Positions 27,481-36,245 of a stretch of 64,000 nt of DNA are shown piece after piece (positions within the stretch are counted from its first letter, which is position 1; each line of letters opens with the position of its first letter). The notes under the pieces were generated by a model. It saw only the letters and a program-made list of their open reading frames with translations, was not told where the DNA came from and ran no database searches. The stretch is from positions 22,443 through 86,442 of the forward strand of contig CARUPR010000001.1 of the NCBI GenBank assembly GCA_949077035.1, written 5' to 3'. The DNA is from an uncultured Eubacteriales bacterium (GTDB taxonomy: Bacteria; Bacillota; Clostridia; Christensenellales; UBA1242). Both the position numbers and the translations under genes were made by a program.

Positions 27481-27577
27481 GGTTTTCCTTATATTAATTT
27501 AAAATAATGACTTTTTTATTAAATAAACAAAGTAAATTTTTATATTAAAAGACATTTAATTTGTCATATAGATTTTG

Positions 27578-28690
27578 CTAGGCAAGATGCTCTTTTATAA
27601 ACTCCATTTGAGATTTTATACATTCACCTTCTGATATGTTTGCTTCTTCAATAGTCATTTCACTCATATATTTGCCAAATTGTTTATTATAATCAAGCGA
27701 ACGCAGTGGCAACCCTTTTTGAATAACTTTGCTTGGCTTATCTACCATGTATCGATAGCTTTTGAATAATTTTTCATGACATTTTTCATCTTTATCGATA
27801 ATTACAAGCGCGACATTGAAATAGGCATCGCTTTCTCCACCCACATCATGCAATTTTTTTGAGAAGATTTCAATCGCTTCTTCATCACTCAGTTCTTTTC
27901 CACTATATCTTCTGACAAACACTCCTGGCTGGTCCTCTTTGCTGAGTTTTTCAATTACAAGACCGCTATCATTTGAAACCACTGGAAGACCTGTTGCCTC
28001 ATGATATGCCTTTGCTTTTATTAAAGAATTTTCAAGTTCAGTTTCGCCATTTTCTTCCACCTGAATATCTACCTTCAAATCTTTTAAAGAACAATAAGGC
28101 AGATTCAATTCTTTAAAAATTTGAGCATAAATTGCAATTTTGCCCATATTTGAAGAGGCAATCAATGGTTTTAATTCTCTTTTTATCAGTTTTCCATCAT
28201 CATAGGTATTAATTTCATGAAAGCCCTCTTGAAGAGATGGCAAGCCTTCCATCAGACGTTTTTTATAGATAGATATTGCAAGTTTGATATCTTCAATATA
28301 ATGCGAGGACCTACCCTCTCTTTCCTGTCTTTCAATAACACGTCTTTCACTTTCTTCATCAGAAATAAGAAGCAATTCGCCAACAACTTTATAGCCATGC
28401 TTTTTCGCAATTTCAATAATAGGCTCTCTCGACGATTGCGGAACATTTGTGCTGTCGACAATGATACTTTCGCCCTTTTCAGCCAGTTCTTCAATCTGCC
28501 TGTGCATTTCGGCAAAAACTATTGTATTGTATTTTGAATCATAAGCCTTTGGAATTTCGCCTTTATTGACATAATCTCGTCTTATTTCATCACTTGCAAT
28601 AACCTTTCCGCCAACTTTTTCTGCAAGTTTATCTGCATAGGTGCTTTTCCCTGCACCTACAATTCCCATTAAAATATATATCGTTTTCAT
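27578..28690 (-). CDS. Fusion protein: N-terminal P-loop PNK-like kinase (AAA_33-type) plus C-terminal divergent Ham1/RdgB-like NTP pyrophosphatase domain
   Basis: N-terminal motifs are 'ILMGIVGAGKSTYADKL', 'ASDEIRRD' and 'IVDSTN', plus an Arg-rich lid. The C-terminal half carries 'LIASSNMGK', 'EENGETELENSLIKAKAY', 'VVSNDSGLVIEKL' and 'PGVFVRRYSG', in the order of the ITPase-family motifs. The distal FGYDP/SHR-type motifs are not conserved. Confidence 0.7.
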   Translation of the reverse strand: MKTIYILMGIVGAGKSTYADKLAEKVGGKVIASDEIRRDYVNKGEIPKAYDSKYNTIVFAEMHRQIEELAEKGESIIVDSTNVPQSSREPIIEIAKKHGYKVVGELLLISDEESERRVIERQEREGRSSHYIEDIKLAISIYKKRLMEGLPSLQEGFHEINTYDDGKLIKRELKPLIASSNMGKIAIYAQIFKELNLPYCSLKDLKVDIQVEENGETELENSLIKAKAYHEATGLPVVSNDSGLVIEKLSKEDQPGVFVRRYSGKELSDEEAIEIFSKKLHDVGGESDAYFNVALVIIDKDEKCHEKLFKSYRYMVDKPSKVIQKGLPLRSLDYNKQFGKYMSEMTIEEANISEGECIKSQMEFIKEHLA

Positions 28691-28696
28691 GTTTTT

Positions 28697-28724
28697 ATTA
28701 TAGCATAAATCAAAAAAAAGTCAA
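28697..28724 (-). promoter_or_regulatory. Sigma-A-type promoter TTGACT-16-TATAAT placed for a leaderless mRNA of the kinase/Ham1 gene
   Basis: On the minus strand, TTGACT is at 28724-28719 and TATAAT at 28702-28697. The ATG at 28690 follows after exactly 6 nt. There is no SD. The -35 overlaps the upstream terminator stem. Confidence 0.45.
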
Positions 28725-28739
28725 AGCAAACTTTGACTT
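28711..28739 (-). terminator. Intrinsic terminator ending the SPFH/zinc-ribbon operon
   Basis: AAGTCAAAG (28718-28726) pairs with CTTTGACTT (28731-28739). On the minus strand the hairpin is followed by a run of eight T. Confidence 0.75.
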
Positions 28740-28790
28740 TCTTTGATTTGGTTTTAAATTGATTTATTATAATTTATTTTTATTTTCCTT

Positions 28791-29285
28791 TTATTTCTCT
28801 GTAGTTTTTGAAACATCCCTTTCAATTGCCTTTCCACAGCCGGTGCAGAACTCTGATTCGATATTATTTATTGTGCCACACTGGCAAGCAACAGTTCCAT
28901 CAACAGGACATCCACATTTATGACAGAAAGCTGCATTTTCAGTTAGCTGAGAGCCGCACTTATCGCACTTTGAAATATTGATAGTGCCAATTGCTCTGTT
29001 GCCATCTTTAACATTTCCTTGATTGTTTTTAATCATACCAAGGCTTGTCAAAAGCATAACCAAAGAAATACTGCCACTTGCAAGAGAAAGCAAAATTAGC
29101 ATTACGCCAAAGGAAATATTGAAAGCAATACTAGAAGCAACATCGCTTTTGCAACCTTCAATAACTAAACATATACCAAAGGCAATAATACCAATTGAAA
29201 TAGCAAGCAAAACACTTGAAAAGACCATAAGTGCCTTTCTTCCATATCTTGCTTCTTTATAAACTTCTTTTTTCTCTTTTTTCAT
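28791..29285 (-). CDS. Membrane protein with two C-terminal zinc ribbons (double zinc-ribbon type)
   Basis: The SD AAGGAGAAA lies upstream. Two TM helices are followed by 'CDKCGSQLTENAAFCHKCG' and 'CQCGTINNIESEFCTGCG'. Confidence 0.75.
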   Translation of the reverse strand: MKKEKKEVYKEARYGRKALMVFSSVLLAISIGIIAFGICLVIEGCKSDVASSIAFNISFGVMLILLSLASGSISLVMLLTSLGMIKNNQGNVKDGNRAIGTINISKCDKCGSQLTENAAFCHKCGCPVDGTVACQCGTINNIESEFCTGCGKAIERDVSKTTEK

Positions 29286-29343
29286 GATTTCTCCTTAGAT
29301 TTTATTTAAAACTTTAAATAAAAATATTAAATTAATTTAACTT

Positions 29344-30378
29344 TTAAATTAATAAAAATATTAATAATGGCACTCCAAAAAACATCAATATTGCCAGTAT
29401 TACCAAAAATGATATTTTAACTTTTGAATAAGGCAATTTCCCGCCAACATTTCCGTTTTGACCATTCATTACATTCATATATTCTTTATCTTTATATTTA
29501 AAATTGACAAAATATATAGGGACAAGCGAATAAACATAATTTTCATCGCTATAATTTGTTTGTATTGACAAACTTGAAATAGAATTGCTATATTTATTTC
29601 TTATCATATGTTCAATTTCATGTTCAGCCATTATTTTAGCCTCTTCAAAAGCGTCTATTGGTGTCTGATTATAATAACCCACACTATAACCCATTATAAA
29701 CGCACTGTCATAATCATAAGCTTCATTAAAATTGAAAGGAAGAATGGAAGAAATATGATATTGAGTAATTTTGTCACTGACTTCAACTATGATATTGTTG
29801 AATTGATGTTTTAAATGACCAGAAATAGGTCTTGAACGTGTGACAACTTTTGTTTCACCATTCACACGTGTTGTAGTTGTATACTGCTCAGTGCCATGAT
29901 ACATTGCATAAACACTGCAGCCAAAACTAAATGAAGGAATATATGACGCACCAATTTCTATATTTGGCAAATTCTTTTTAAACTCACCTGGCAATAAAAA
30001 TCTGCTTTTTATATTTTTTTTAAATACCATACCAGCCTGTTCTTTTGAAATTTTAAAAGGCAAAACCAGTGATGGTTTTAGTCCTGGAAGTTCATTTAAA
30101 GGCACAAGCGATGAAGTATTGCAATATTGACATCTGTTTGACATTTCAAATTTATTTAATATAATTTGACCACCACAATTTGCACATTGATAACATCTGC
30201 TTGAATTTTCCCATTCTTTAAAGCCGTCATCATTTTCACAGTCATGAAGTGGTTTTTTATGAGGATTTTTAATAAATTTTATAGGATATATTTTGCCACA
30301 CTTAACACACTTCAAGGCTTTATCAGTTGGGCTGAACTCAATTTTTGCACCACAAGAAGGACAATTGTTGATTTCCAT
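29344..30378 (-). CDS. Zinc-ribbon protein with a C-terminal TM anchor (YdjG-like architecture, tentative)
   Basis: The N-terminus has 'CPSCGAKIEFSPTDKALKCVKCG' and 'CYQCANCGGQIILNKFEMSNRCQYC'. The C-terminal helix is 'ISFLVILAILMFFGVPLLIFLLI'. The ATG at 30378 overlaps the upstream TAA (TAATG) and follows GGAGA, which suggests translational coupling. Confidence 0.7.
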   Translation of the reverse strand: MEINNCPSCGAKIEFSPTDKALKCVKCGKIYPIKFIKNPHKKPLHDCENDDGFKEWENSSRCYQCANCGGQIILNKFEMSNRCQYCNTSSLVPLNELPGLKPSLVLPFKISKEQAGMVFKKNIKSRFLLPGEFKKNLPNIEIGASYIPSFSFGCSVYAMYHGTEQYTTTTRVNGETKVVTRSRPISGHLKHQFNNIIVEVSDKITQYHISSILPFNFNEAYDYDSAFIMGYSVGYYNQTPIDAFEEAKIMAEHEIEHMIRNKYSNSISSLSIQTNYSDENYVYSLVPIYFVNFKYKDKEYMNVMNGQNGNVGGKLPYSKVKISFLVILAILMFFGVPLLIFLLI

Positions 30379-31484
30379 TATAATTTTTCTCCACATTCTG
30401 GACAGAATTTTGCATTTGAATTTAATTGCTTATTGCATTTTGGACAAACCTTTGATTTAATCAATTTTTCTCCACAGCTTGCACAAAATTTTGCTCCACT
30501 TGCAACATTTTCACCACAAGAAGGACATTTAATATTTTGACTTGCACCACATTCTGGGCAAAACTTGGTCCCTTTTGAAATTTTTGCCTTACATTTTACG
30601 CATTTAATTTCTTCCACATCCTTAGCCGAAGAAATTGAATTTGCAAAAAGGCCGCCAACATGAGCGCCAGCACCAAGACCAATGCCAAGACCTGCAAGAT
30701 TTCCACCAGAAGGATTTTGTGCTGCATCTCTTATTGCCTGAGCAGTCTGATATTGTGCATAAGTGCCCATCTTATCACCCAAAATGCCCAATTTACTTCT
30801 TTCATCCAAAGTTTTCTCAACTTCTTCTGGCAATGATAAGTTTTCAACAATAACATTGCAAAGTTTTAAACCAAGCTTATTGAAAGCATTTTGTGAAACT
30901 TCAACAATCTTATCAGCAATCTCTTTATAATTTGCAACAAGGTCAAGTGCAGAAACACCACTTTCACCAATCGCATCACTAATATACTGAATTAAGATTG
31001 ATTTGCATTGCTCTGAAAGGTCACTCACCTTATAAATGCCATTTGTCCCGAAGACCTCTTTCATAAATGTCTTAACATCGTCAACTTTAAAACTATATGT
31101 TCCAAAGCCTCTAAGTCTTATTGAGCCAAAGTCGGCATCTCGCATCATAATAGGATTTTGTGTGCCCCATTTTTGACCGATAAATTGTTTAGTGTTGATA
31201 AAATAAATTTCTGCTTTAATTCTTGAATTAAATCCTGTTGGCAAAGAAAGAAGCTTTGTCAAAAAAGGTATATTTTCTGTTGTGAGTTTATATGTGCCAG
31301 GGCCAAAAACATCTGCAACTTCGCCCTTATGCATAAATAAAGCCACCTGCGATTCTCTGACTACAAGAGTGGAACTATTCATGATTTCCTCTCTATTTTT
31401 TAATGGAAAGCGATAAACCAAAATATCTTTGCTATCATCTTGCCATTCAATAACCGATAATAATTGCTTTCTTAAAAATCCCAT
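30378..31484 (-). CDS. SPFH/Band-7-type protein (COG4260, YdjI / 'virion core protein'-like) with three C-terminal zinc ribbons
   Basis: The ATG at 31484 is preceded by AAGGAGAAG. The N-terminus 'MGFLRKQLLSVIEWQDDSKDILVYRFP...VVRESQVALFMHKGEVADVFGPGTYKLTTENIPFL' is typical of this family. The C-terminus has 'CVKCKAKISKGTKFCPECG', 'CPSCGENVASGAKFCASCG' and 'CPKCNKQLNSNAKFCPECG'. Confidence 0.8.
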   Translation of the reverse strand: MGFLRKQLLSVIEWQDDSKDILVYRFPLKNREEIMNSSTLVVRESQVALFMHKGEVADVFGPGTYKLTTENIPFLTKLLSLPTGFNSRIKAEIYFINTKQFIGQKWGTQNPIMMRDADFGSIRLRGFGTYSFKVDDVKTFMKEVFGTNGIYKVSDLSEQCKSILIQYISDAIGESGVSALDLVANYKEIADKIVEVSQNAFNKLGLKLCNVIVENLSLPEEVEKTLDERSKLGILGDKMGTYAQYQTAQAIRDAAQNPSGGNLAGLGIGLGAGAHVGGLFANSISSAKDVEEIKCVKCKAKISKGTKFCPECGASQNIKCPSCGENVASGAKFCASCGEKLIKSKVCPKCNKQLNSNAKFCPECGEKL

Positions 31485-31666
31485 TTTCTTCTCCTTCAAA
31501 TAAATCCAATTAAAAACAAAAAATATAAGGTAATTAATTGAATACGATATATAGTTATTATACAATAAATATATTCAAAACACAACAAATATTTAAAATT
31601 TGTCGGAAGCAGTTTTACTTTTTAAGGATGATTTAAATTTTTTATTTCAATCATTTTTTTAGCTGC

Positions 31667-31693
31667 TAAAAAAAAGAGGAATAAATTTCCTCT
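31667..31693 (-). terminator. Intrinsic terminator after rubrerythrin
   Basis: AGAGGAA (31675-31681) pairs with TTCCTCT (31687-31693). On the minus strand the hairpin is followed by a run of eight T. Confidence 0.65.
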
Positions 31694-31753
31694 TTATTTA
31701 ATAAAACCCATTAAACAAAATTTGTTTAAAATATTTTTAATTGCAAGTTTTTT

Positions 31754-32353
31754 TTACCAGCATCTAAGTTCTTCTGGCAAAATCACCTGACAAACTCCCT
31801 GTTCTGCCTGACAAAGTGGACAGGTTTCCCAAGCCTCTTCATCAAAAGAAATATAACCGCAATTTGGGCATATCCACATTTTTTTGTCAGCTTTTTTATA
31901 AAGTTCTTTACTTTTAAATTGTTGATAAAGATTTTCAAAAAGATTTTTGTGTCTTATCTCAACTTCACCAATCATTCTAAATAATTTGGCAACATCTTTA
32001 AGACCCTCTTCATCTGCCACTTGAGCAAACTCTTCATAAGCTTCAGCCTCCAAAAGTTCATCTTCGGCAAGAAGTCTTAAATTTTCTTCCATGTTCCATT
32101 TTTCTTTAAAAGGGAAACCTGCATTAATATCAATGTTTGAAATTTCCTTTTGTTCTGCATCTTGAATAAAAGTATAAAGCATTCTTGCATGGTTGAATTC
32201 TTGATATGCAATGGTGTCAACAATTTGAGCCAAAGCTTCAAAGCCATTATACCTAAGACCATATTCTACAAATTCATATCTTGTCCTAGCCTGACATTCA
32301 GCAGCCCAAGCTCTTGCCAAATTTGAATAAGTTTTGCTGTTTTTTAATTTCAT
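31754..32353 (-). CDS. rbr: Rubrerythrin
   Basis: The ATG at 32353 lies 7 nt after GGAGGA. A ferritin-like diiron domain (ExxH motifs 'YQEFNHARM' and 'EVEIRHKN') is followed by a C-terminal rubredoxin-type 'CPNCGY...CPLCQA'. Confidence 0.9.
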   Translation of the reverse strand: MKLKNSKTYSNLARAWAAECQARTRYEFVEYGLRYNGFEALAQIVDTIAYQEFNHARMLYTFIQDAEQKEISNIDINAGFPFKEKWNMEENLRLLAEDELLEAEAYEEFAQVADEEGLKDVAKLFRMIGEVEIRHKNLFENLYQQFKSKELYKKADKKMWICPNCGYISFDEEAWETCPLCQAEQGVCQVILPEELRCW

Positions 32354-32409
32354 AAATATATCCTCCAATTAAAAATATGTGCATAATTGAAGGTTTTTAT
32401 GTAAAATTT

Positions 32410-34575
32410 TTAAATTTCTATCATATTTCCAAAAGGTTTTTCTTTTGCATTTATAAAATTTCTTTTTAAGTAAAAATGGCAATTAACCACCTTTTTTCTT
32501 TCAAGAGTAAATCTTTCATTGCCTAAAGAATAACTGATATTATCCCTATATTTGCAACTAGAGCAATTGCCACCAAAGTGCTCTTTAATTGGACAATGCT
32601 TAAAATAAATCAATCTTGGCTTTCTATTGTCAATGAAAAGTTGCCCATCTTCTGCCATAAGGTTTTCATAGTCAAAATCTTCTTTTGACAAAACGATGTT
32701 TTTAAAGCCCTTTTTCAGATAAAAATCTATTGCATAGCTATTTAAAACATTCAATTCAGAGCCTATTATTGTTTGGCTTGGACTTTTCATCATAAGAGCA
32801 TAATAGTTTGTCGCATAAACGCCCAAATTTGGCAAAGCATCTAAAATTTGACTCAGCATTGTAATATCCTCTTTGGTCGCAATCAAAGGCATATCTAAAA
32901 ATATATTTTCACCTTTAAAATGTTGACAAACGGCTTTAATATCTTCAAAATTATAAATTGCTGGTGAATATACAAAAAAGTCAAATTTATTTAATTCTTC
33001 ACTTGAATATTCTAAAATTTTGCTTAAATTATCGAAAAATGCGATTTTTTTATTGTTTTTTGCCGCTTTTTGTGTCGAAATGATTAAATTATCCCTTTCA
33101 AGCACTTCTATTTTCTTTTCATTTTTCTTTGTTAAGTGTGCTTTTAATTTATCAAGCATAACTCTTCGAGCTTCGTTTAAATCACTCTTTCTTATAAACA
33201 CATTTCCTATCTCGCAAGTCAAATTATGCAAACTAAACTCATCACCGCATTTATTGAAAGTTTGAAATAAATCGTTTTGAGTAAGCGGTTGTGATTTGGC
33301 AACAGACAAAACATTTTCAAAACTTTGTGACACACTTTCGCCATTTGCAATTAAAGTGACATTTAAGATGAGATTATCTAAGGCTTGAACTTTGGCATCA
33401 AATTCTATTTTTCTTTCCTTATTTAAAACCTTTTCTTCAAACTTACCATCAACAATAAGTCTTACAATTTGCCCCTTCTTTGCCATAGCTGTTGTTGTAA
33501 AAATATATCTATCTTTGCCGACATTTCTTATATCAACAGGGCTTATGGTGCAAACCTCTCTTGACTTTTCAAAAAGTTTTATTGTATCTCCTTTTTGAAG
33601 ATTGTGGGAAGAAGAGATTAAAATTTCATTAAATCTTTTGCCCTTTTTAAAATTCTCAACGCTGCCAATAGGCAGACCTATATGATTTTGTGCATCGCTA
33701 TAAATTATTTTTTCGCCCTTAAAATATCCTGAGATAAATTCGCCTCTATTAAATACCTTTTTTAAGTTTTCTATATCTTCTTTATCAAACTTAAAGCTCT
33801 CGTCAATCACCTTACGATAGGTTTGCACAGCAGTTGCGACATAGGCAGGCCTGCGGGCACGACCTTCAATTTTTAGGCTGACAACCCCACAATCGACAAG
33901 TTCTTTCAAACTTTCAAGCATACAAAAATCCTTTGTGCTTAGATAATATCCCTCTGCTCCACCATTTATTTTATATTTCAAGCGACAAAATTGTTTGCAT
34001 TTTCCACGATTGCCGCTCGCACCTGCAAGCAAGGATGACAGATAACAATTTCCTGAAAAACCTACACATAATGCACCTTGCACAAAATATTCAATTTCAA
34101 GTTTGGTATTTTCATGTATTCTTTTAATTTCACTTAAAGGCGTTTCTCTTGAGAGAACAATTCTTTTAAAACCAAGGCTTTCTATAAACTTGGCCCCTTC
34201 CAAATTGTGCAGTCCCATTTGGGTGCTTGCATGAAGTTCAATCCCCTCAAAGTTTTTGCTAAGTAAGTTTGCAATGCCTATATCTTGCACAATAAAGGCA
34301 TCTATCTTACAATCAAGAGCAAATCTTACCAAACTTAAAACTTGCATAACCTCTTCATCCTTAAAAAGGATATTTAAAGTCAGATAAGCTTTTACGCCAA
34401 AAAGATGAGCCTTACTTACAGCCTCTTTTAAATTTTCTCTGGTAAAATTTTCAAAATTTGCTCTAGCATTAAAATCGCTAAGCCCCAAATATATTGCATC
34501 AGCACCGCCGTTTATTGCCGAAATTAAACTTTGCATATTCCCGACAGGTGCAAGCAATTCAATCTTATCTTTCAT
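32410..34575 (-). CDS. Peptidase U32 family protein (long, ~720-aa form)
   Basis: The U32 core reads 'GADAIYLG', 'ELHASTQM' and 'FVQGALCVGFSGNCYLSSLLAGASGNRGKCKQFCR' (conserved Cys cluster). Only 40 nt separate it from rbr downstream. Confidence 0.85.
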   Translation of the reverse strand: MKDKIELLAPVGNMQSLISAINGGADAIYLGLSDFNARANFENFTRENLKEAVSKAHLFGVKAYLTLNILFKDEEVMQVLSLVRFALDCKIDAFIVQDIGIANLLSKNFEGIELHASTQMGLHNLEGAKFIESLGFKRIVLSRETPLSEIKRIHENTKLEIEYFVQGALCVGFSGNCYLSSLLAGASGNRGKCKQFCRLKYKINGGAEGYYLSTKDFCMLESLKELVDCGVVSLKIEGRARRPAYVATAVQTYRKVIDESFKFDKEDIENLKKVFNRGEFISGYFKGEKIIYSDAQNHIGLPIGSVENFKKGKRFNEILISSSHNLQKGDTIKLFEKSREVCTISPVDIRNVGKDRYIFTTTAMAKKGQIVRLIVDGKFEEKVLNKERKIEFDAKVQALDNLILNVTLIANGESVSQSFENVLSVAKSQPLTQNDLFQTFNKCGDEFSLHNLTCEIGNVFIRKSDLNEARRVMLDKLKAHLTKKNEKKIEVLERDNLIISTQKAAKNNKKIAFFDNLSKILEYSSEELNKFDFFVYSPAIYNFEDIKAVCQHFKGENIFLDMPLIATKEDITMLSQILDALPNLGVYATNYYALMMKSPSQTIIGSELNVLNSYAIDFYLKKGFKNIVLSKEDFDYENLMAEDGQLFIDNRKPRLIYFKHCPIKEHFGGNCSSCKYRDNISYSLGNERFTLERKKVVNCHFYLKRNFINAKEKPFGNMIEI

Positions 34576-34745
34576 TTAAAACCTTTTCCTTTCACTTTCA
34601 TTACTTTTATATCTCATTATACCACATATTCGCGCATTGCTCAAATAAAAGATAAAATAATTTTTTTTAAGTTTTCATTAAATCTTTTACACTTAAAAAG
34701 TATTAATAGTTTTTAAATGGGAAAGATAATAAGTGGAGGAAAAAT

Positions 34746-35990
34746 ATGATAAATCCGTTTTTAGAAAAACCAAAAAAACTTGAAAGCACAATCATGAGCA
34801 TGAAAATGCTTTCGCCAAAACCTTATAATAAAAATGAGGTTGACCCTTACACAAGAGTAAGATGTATATTGATGAACGGGACAGAATATGAAGCCGTATG
34901 GTCAAAACATCATTTCAATCGACATTGCCCAGACAATGATGCCAGAAGAAGGGTTGCACTTGTCCGCAAGCTTGAACAAGAACAACAAAAACTTATCGCA
35001 GCACTCAAGCCGGCAGATGAAAATATCTTGCAAACCACAATTGGTTATGAGCAACTTGCGGTTGACCTGACCGCCCTATTAGCCCGCCGCCAGAAAGATA
35101 AAGATGTAAAAAATGCACTTGATTTTGCACTCTTAGAAGACTTTGACCATCTTTATAGATATGCCAATCTGCTTGAAACTGACATGGGCGAACACGCAGA
35201 AAAATATGTGGGAAGTTATACAGAAATCATGCCTGCAAGACCGACCGTTGCACATCATAGACACCCTTTTGATACTGTCAAACATCATATCTGCAACAAG
35301 ACTGCAGACCCTCTTGCAATGTGCGATGTTTCAATCATTACAGCTGCCGAGCAGCAAACAATGAACTATTATATGAACCTTGGTGCCTTTTATAAAAACA
35401 AAGTTGGCAGAGAAATTTATAGTGAAATTGCCTTGGTGGAAGAGGAACATGTGACAGAATATGGCTCTCTTATCGACCCAAATGCAACACCTTTTGAAGA
35501 ACTTTTGATGCATGAGTATATTGAATGTTATCTTTATTATTCAATGCTTAATGATGAAGTGGATGAAAATATAAAACAGATTTGGCTTATGCTTTATGAG
35601 CAAGAACTTGCTCACCTTCATGAAGCTGTAAAACTTTTGCAAAAATATGAGAAAAAGGATTGGCAACAGGTAATACCAAAAGGCGAATTTCCAGAGCTTA
35701 TCAATTTTAAGCCGCAAAAAGATTATATAAGAGAAATTATTGCAAAAACAGTCAACAACACAGAAGAGCGAGAAAGCTATATAAATGTCAAAAAACTTCC
35801 TGAAAAAGCTGATTTTTTCATTTATCAACACAAATTTATCAAAAATGTAGAAAAAATGCCTTCTCACAAGGTGATAAATGACCATATCAAAAAATATGGT
35901 CAGGATTATCGCGTCCAAGACAGTGAGCATCCTATCAAATCGCTGCGTTCAAGAAAAAGCGATAATGTGGACTTGGGCAGAATACAATAA
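34746..35990 (+). CDS. Ferritin-like / diiron-carboxylate-type domain protein (function unknown)
   Basis: The SD GGAGGAAAAA lies upstream. E/H-containing helices are spaced as in diiron proteins ('LLEDFDHLYRY', 'ITAAEQQTMNYY', 'ALVEEEHVTEYG', 'YEQELAHLHEA'). It is divergent from the U32 gene. Confidence 0.6.
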   Translation: MINPFLEKPKKLESTIMSMKMLSPKPYNKNEVDPYTRVRCILMNGTEYEAVWSKHHFNRHCPDNDARRRVALVRKLEQEQQKLIAALKPADENILQTTIGYEQLAVDLTALLARRQKDKDVKNALDFALLEDFDHLYRYANLLETDMGEHAEKYVGSYTEIMPARPTVAHHRHPFDTVKHHICNKTADPLAMCDVSIITAAEQQTMNYYMNLGAFYKNKVGREIYSEIALVEEEHVTEYGSLIDPNATPFEELLMHEYIECYLYYSMLNDEVDENIKQIWLMLYEQELAHLHEAVKLLQKYEKKDWQQVIPKGEFPELINFKPQKDYIREIIAKTVNNTEERESYINVKKLPEKADFFIYQHKFIKNVEKMPSHKVINDHIKKYGQDYRVQDSEHPIKSLRSRKSDNVDLGRIQ

Positions 35991-36166
35991 TTTTGTTTTT
36001 TTGACTTAATTTATAAATAAATTTTAATTATTTTTTATTTTAAAAAAGGCTTTATATTTTATTTTAATCAATAAAAACTATGTTTATAAGTAATTTTTAA
36101 GCTATTTTATAAGAAGGTTTTTAAGTAAGTTTTTAAAAAAAAGTTTAGTTTTTAAGTAAGCTTATC

Positions 36167-36204
36167 AAAAAAAAAGACATACAAATTCGTATGTCTTTTT
36201 TTTT
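36167..36204. terminator. Bidirectional intrinsic terminator
   Basis: AGACATAC (36175-36182) pairs with GTATGTCT (36189-36196). An A-run lies on the left and a T-run on the right. Confidence 0.75.
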
Positions 36205-36207
36205 ATG

Positions 36208-36244
36208 AACGCAAGATAGGCACGAACAAAGTGAGTGCTATCTT
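36208..36244 (-). repeat. Single copy of the 41-nt hairpin element (same family as 53042-53205)
   Basis: The minus strand reads AAGATAGCACTCACTTTGTTCGTGCCTATCTTGCGTT. The stem arms match those of the glyQS-distal copies. It starts 2 nt after the cls stop codon and lies just upstream of the terminator. Confidence 0.8.
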
Positions 36245-36245
36245 A

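Noticed and set aside
25385-27577. Genomic island or prophage remnant integrated at tRNA-Arg (and similarly at tRNA-Ile, 13150-13226)
   Set aside because: I saw no integrase, recombinase or phage genes, and no direct repeat of either tRNA 3' end nearby. The neighbouring genes look chromosomal.
36081-36170. Repeated TTTTTAAGTAAG motifs downstream of the ferritin-like gene
   Set aside because: These are short, imperfect, AT-rich low-complexity repeats with no consistent period or pairing potential. They are probably compositional.
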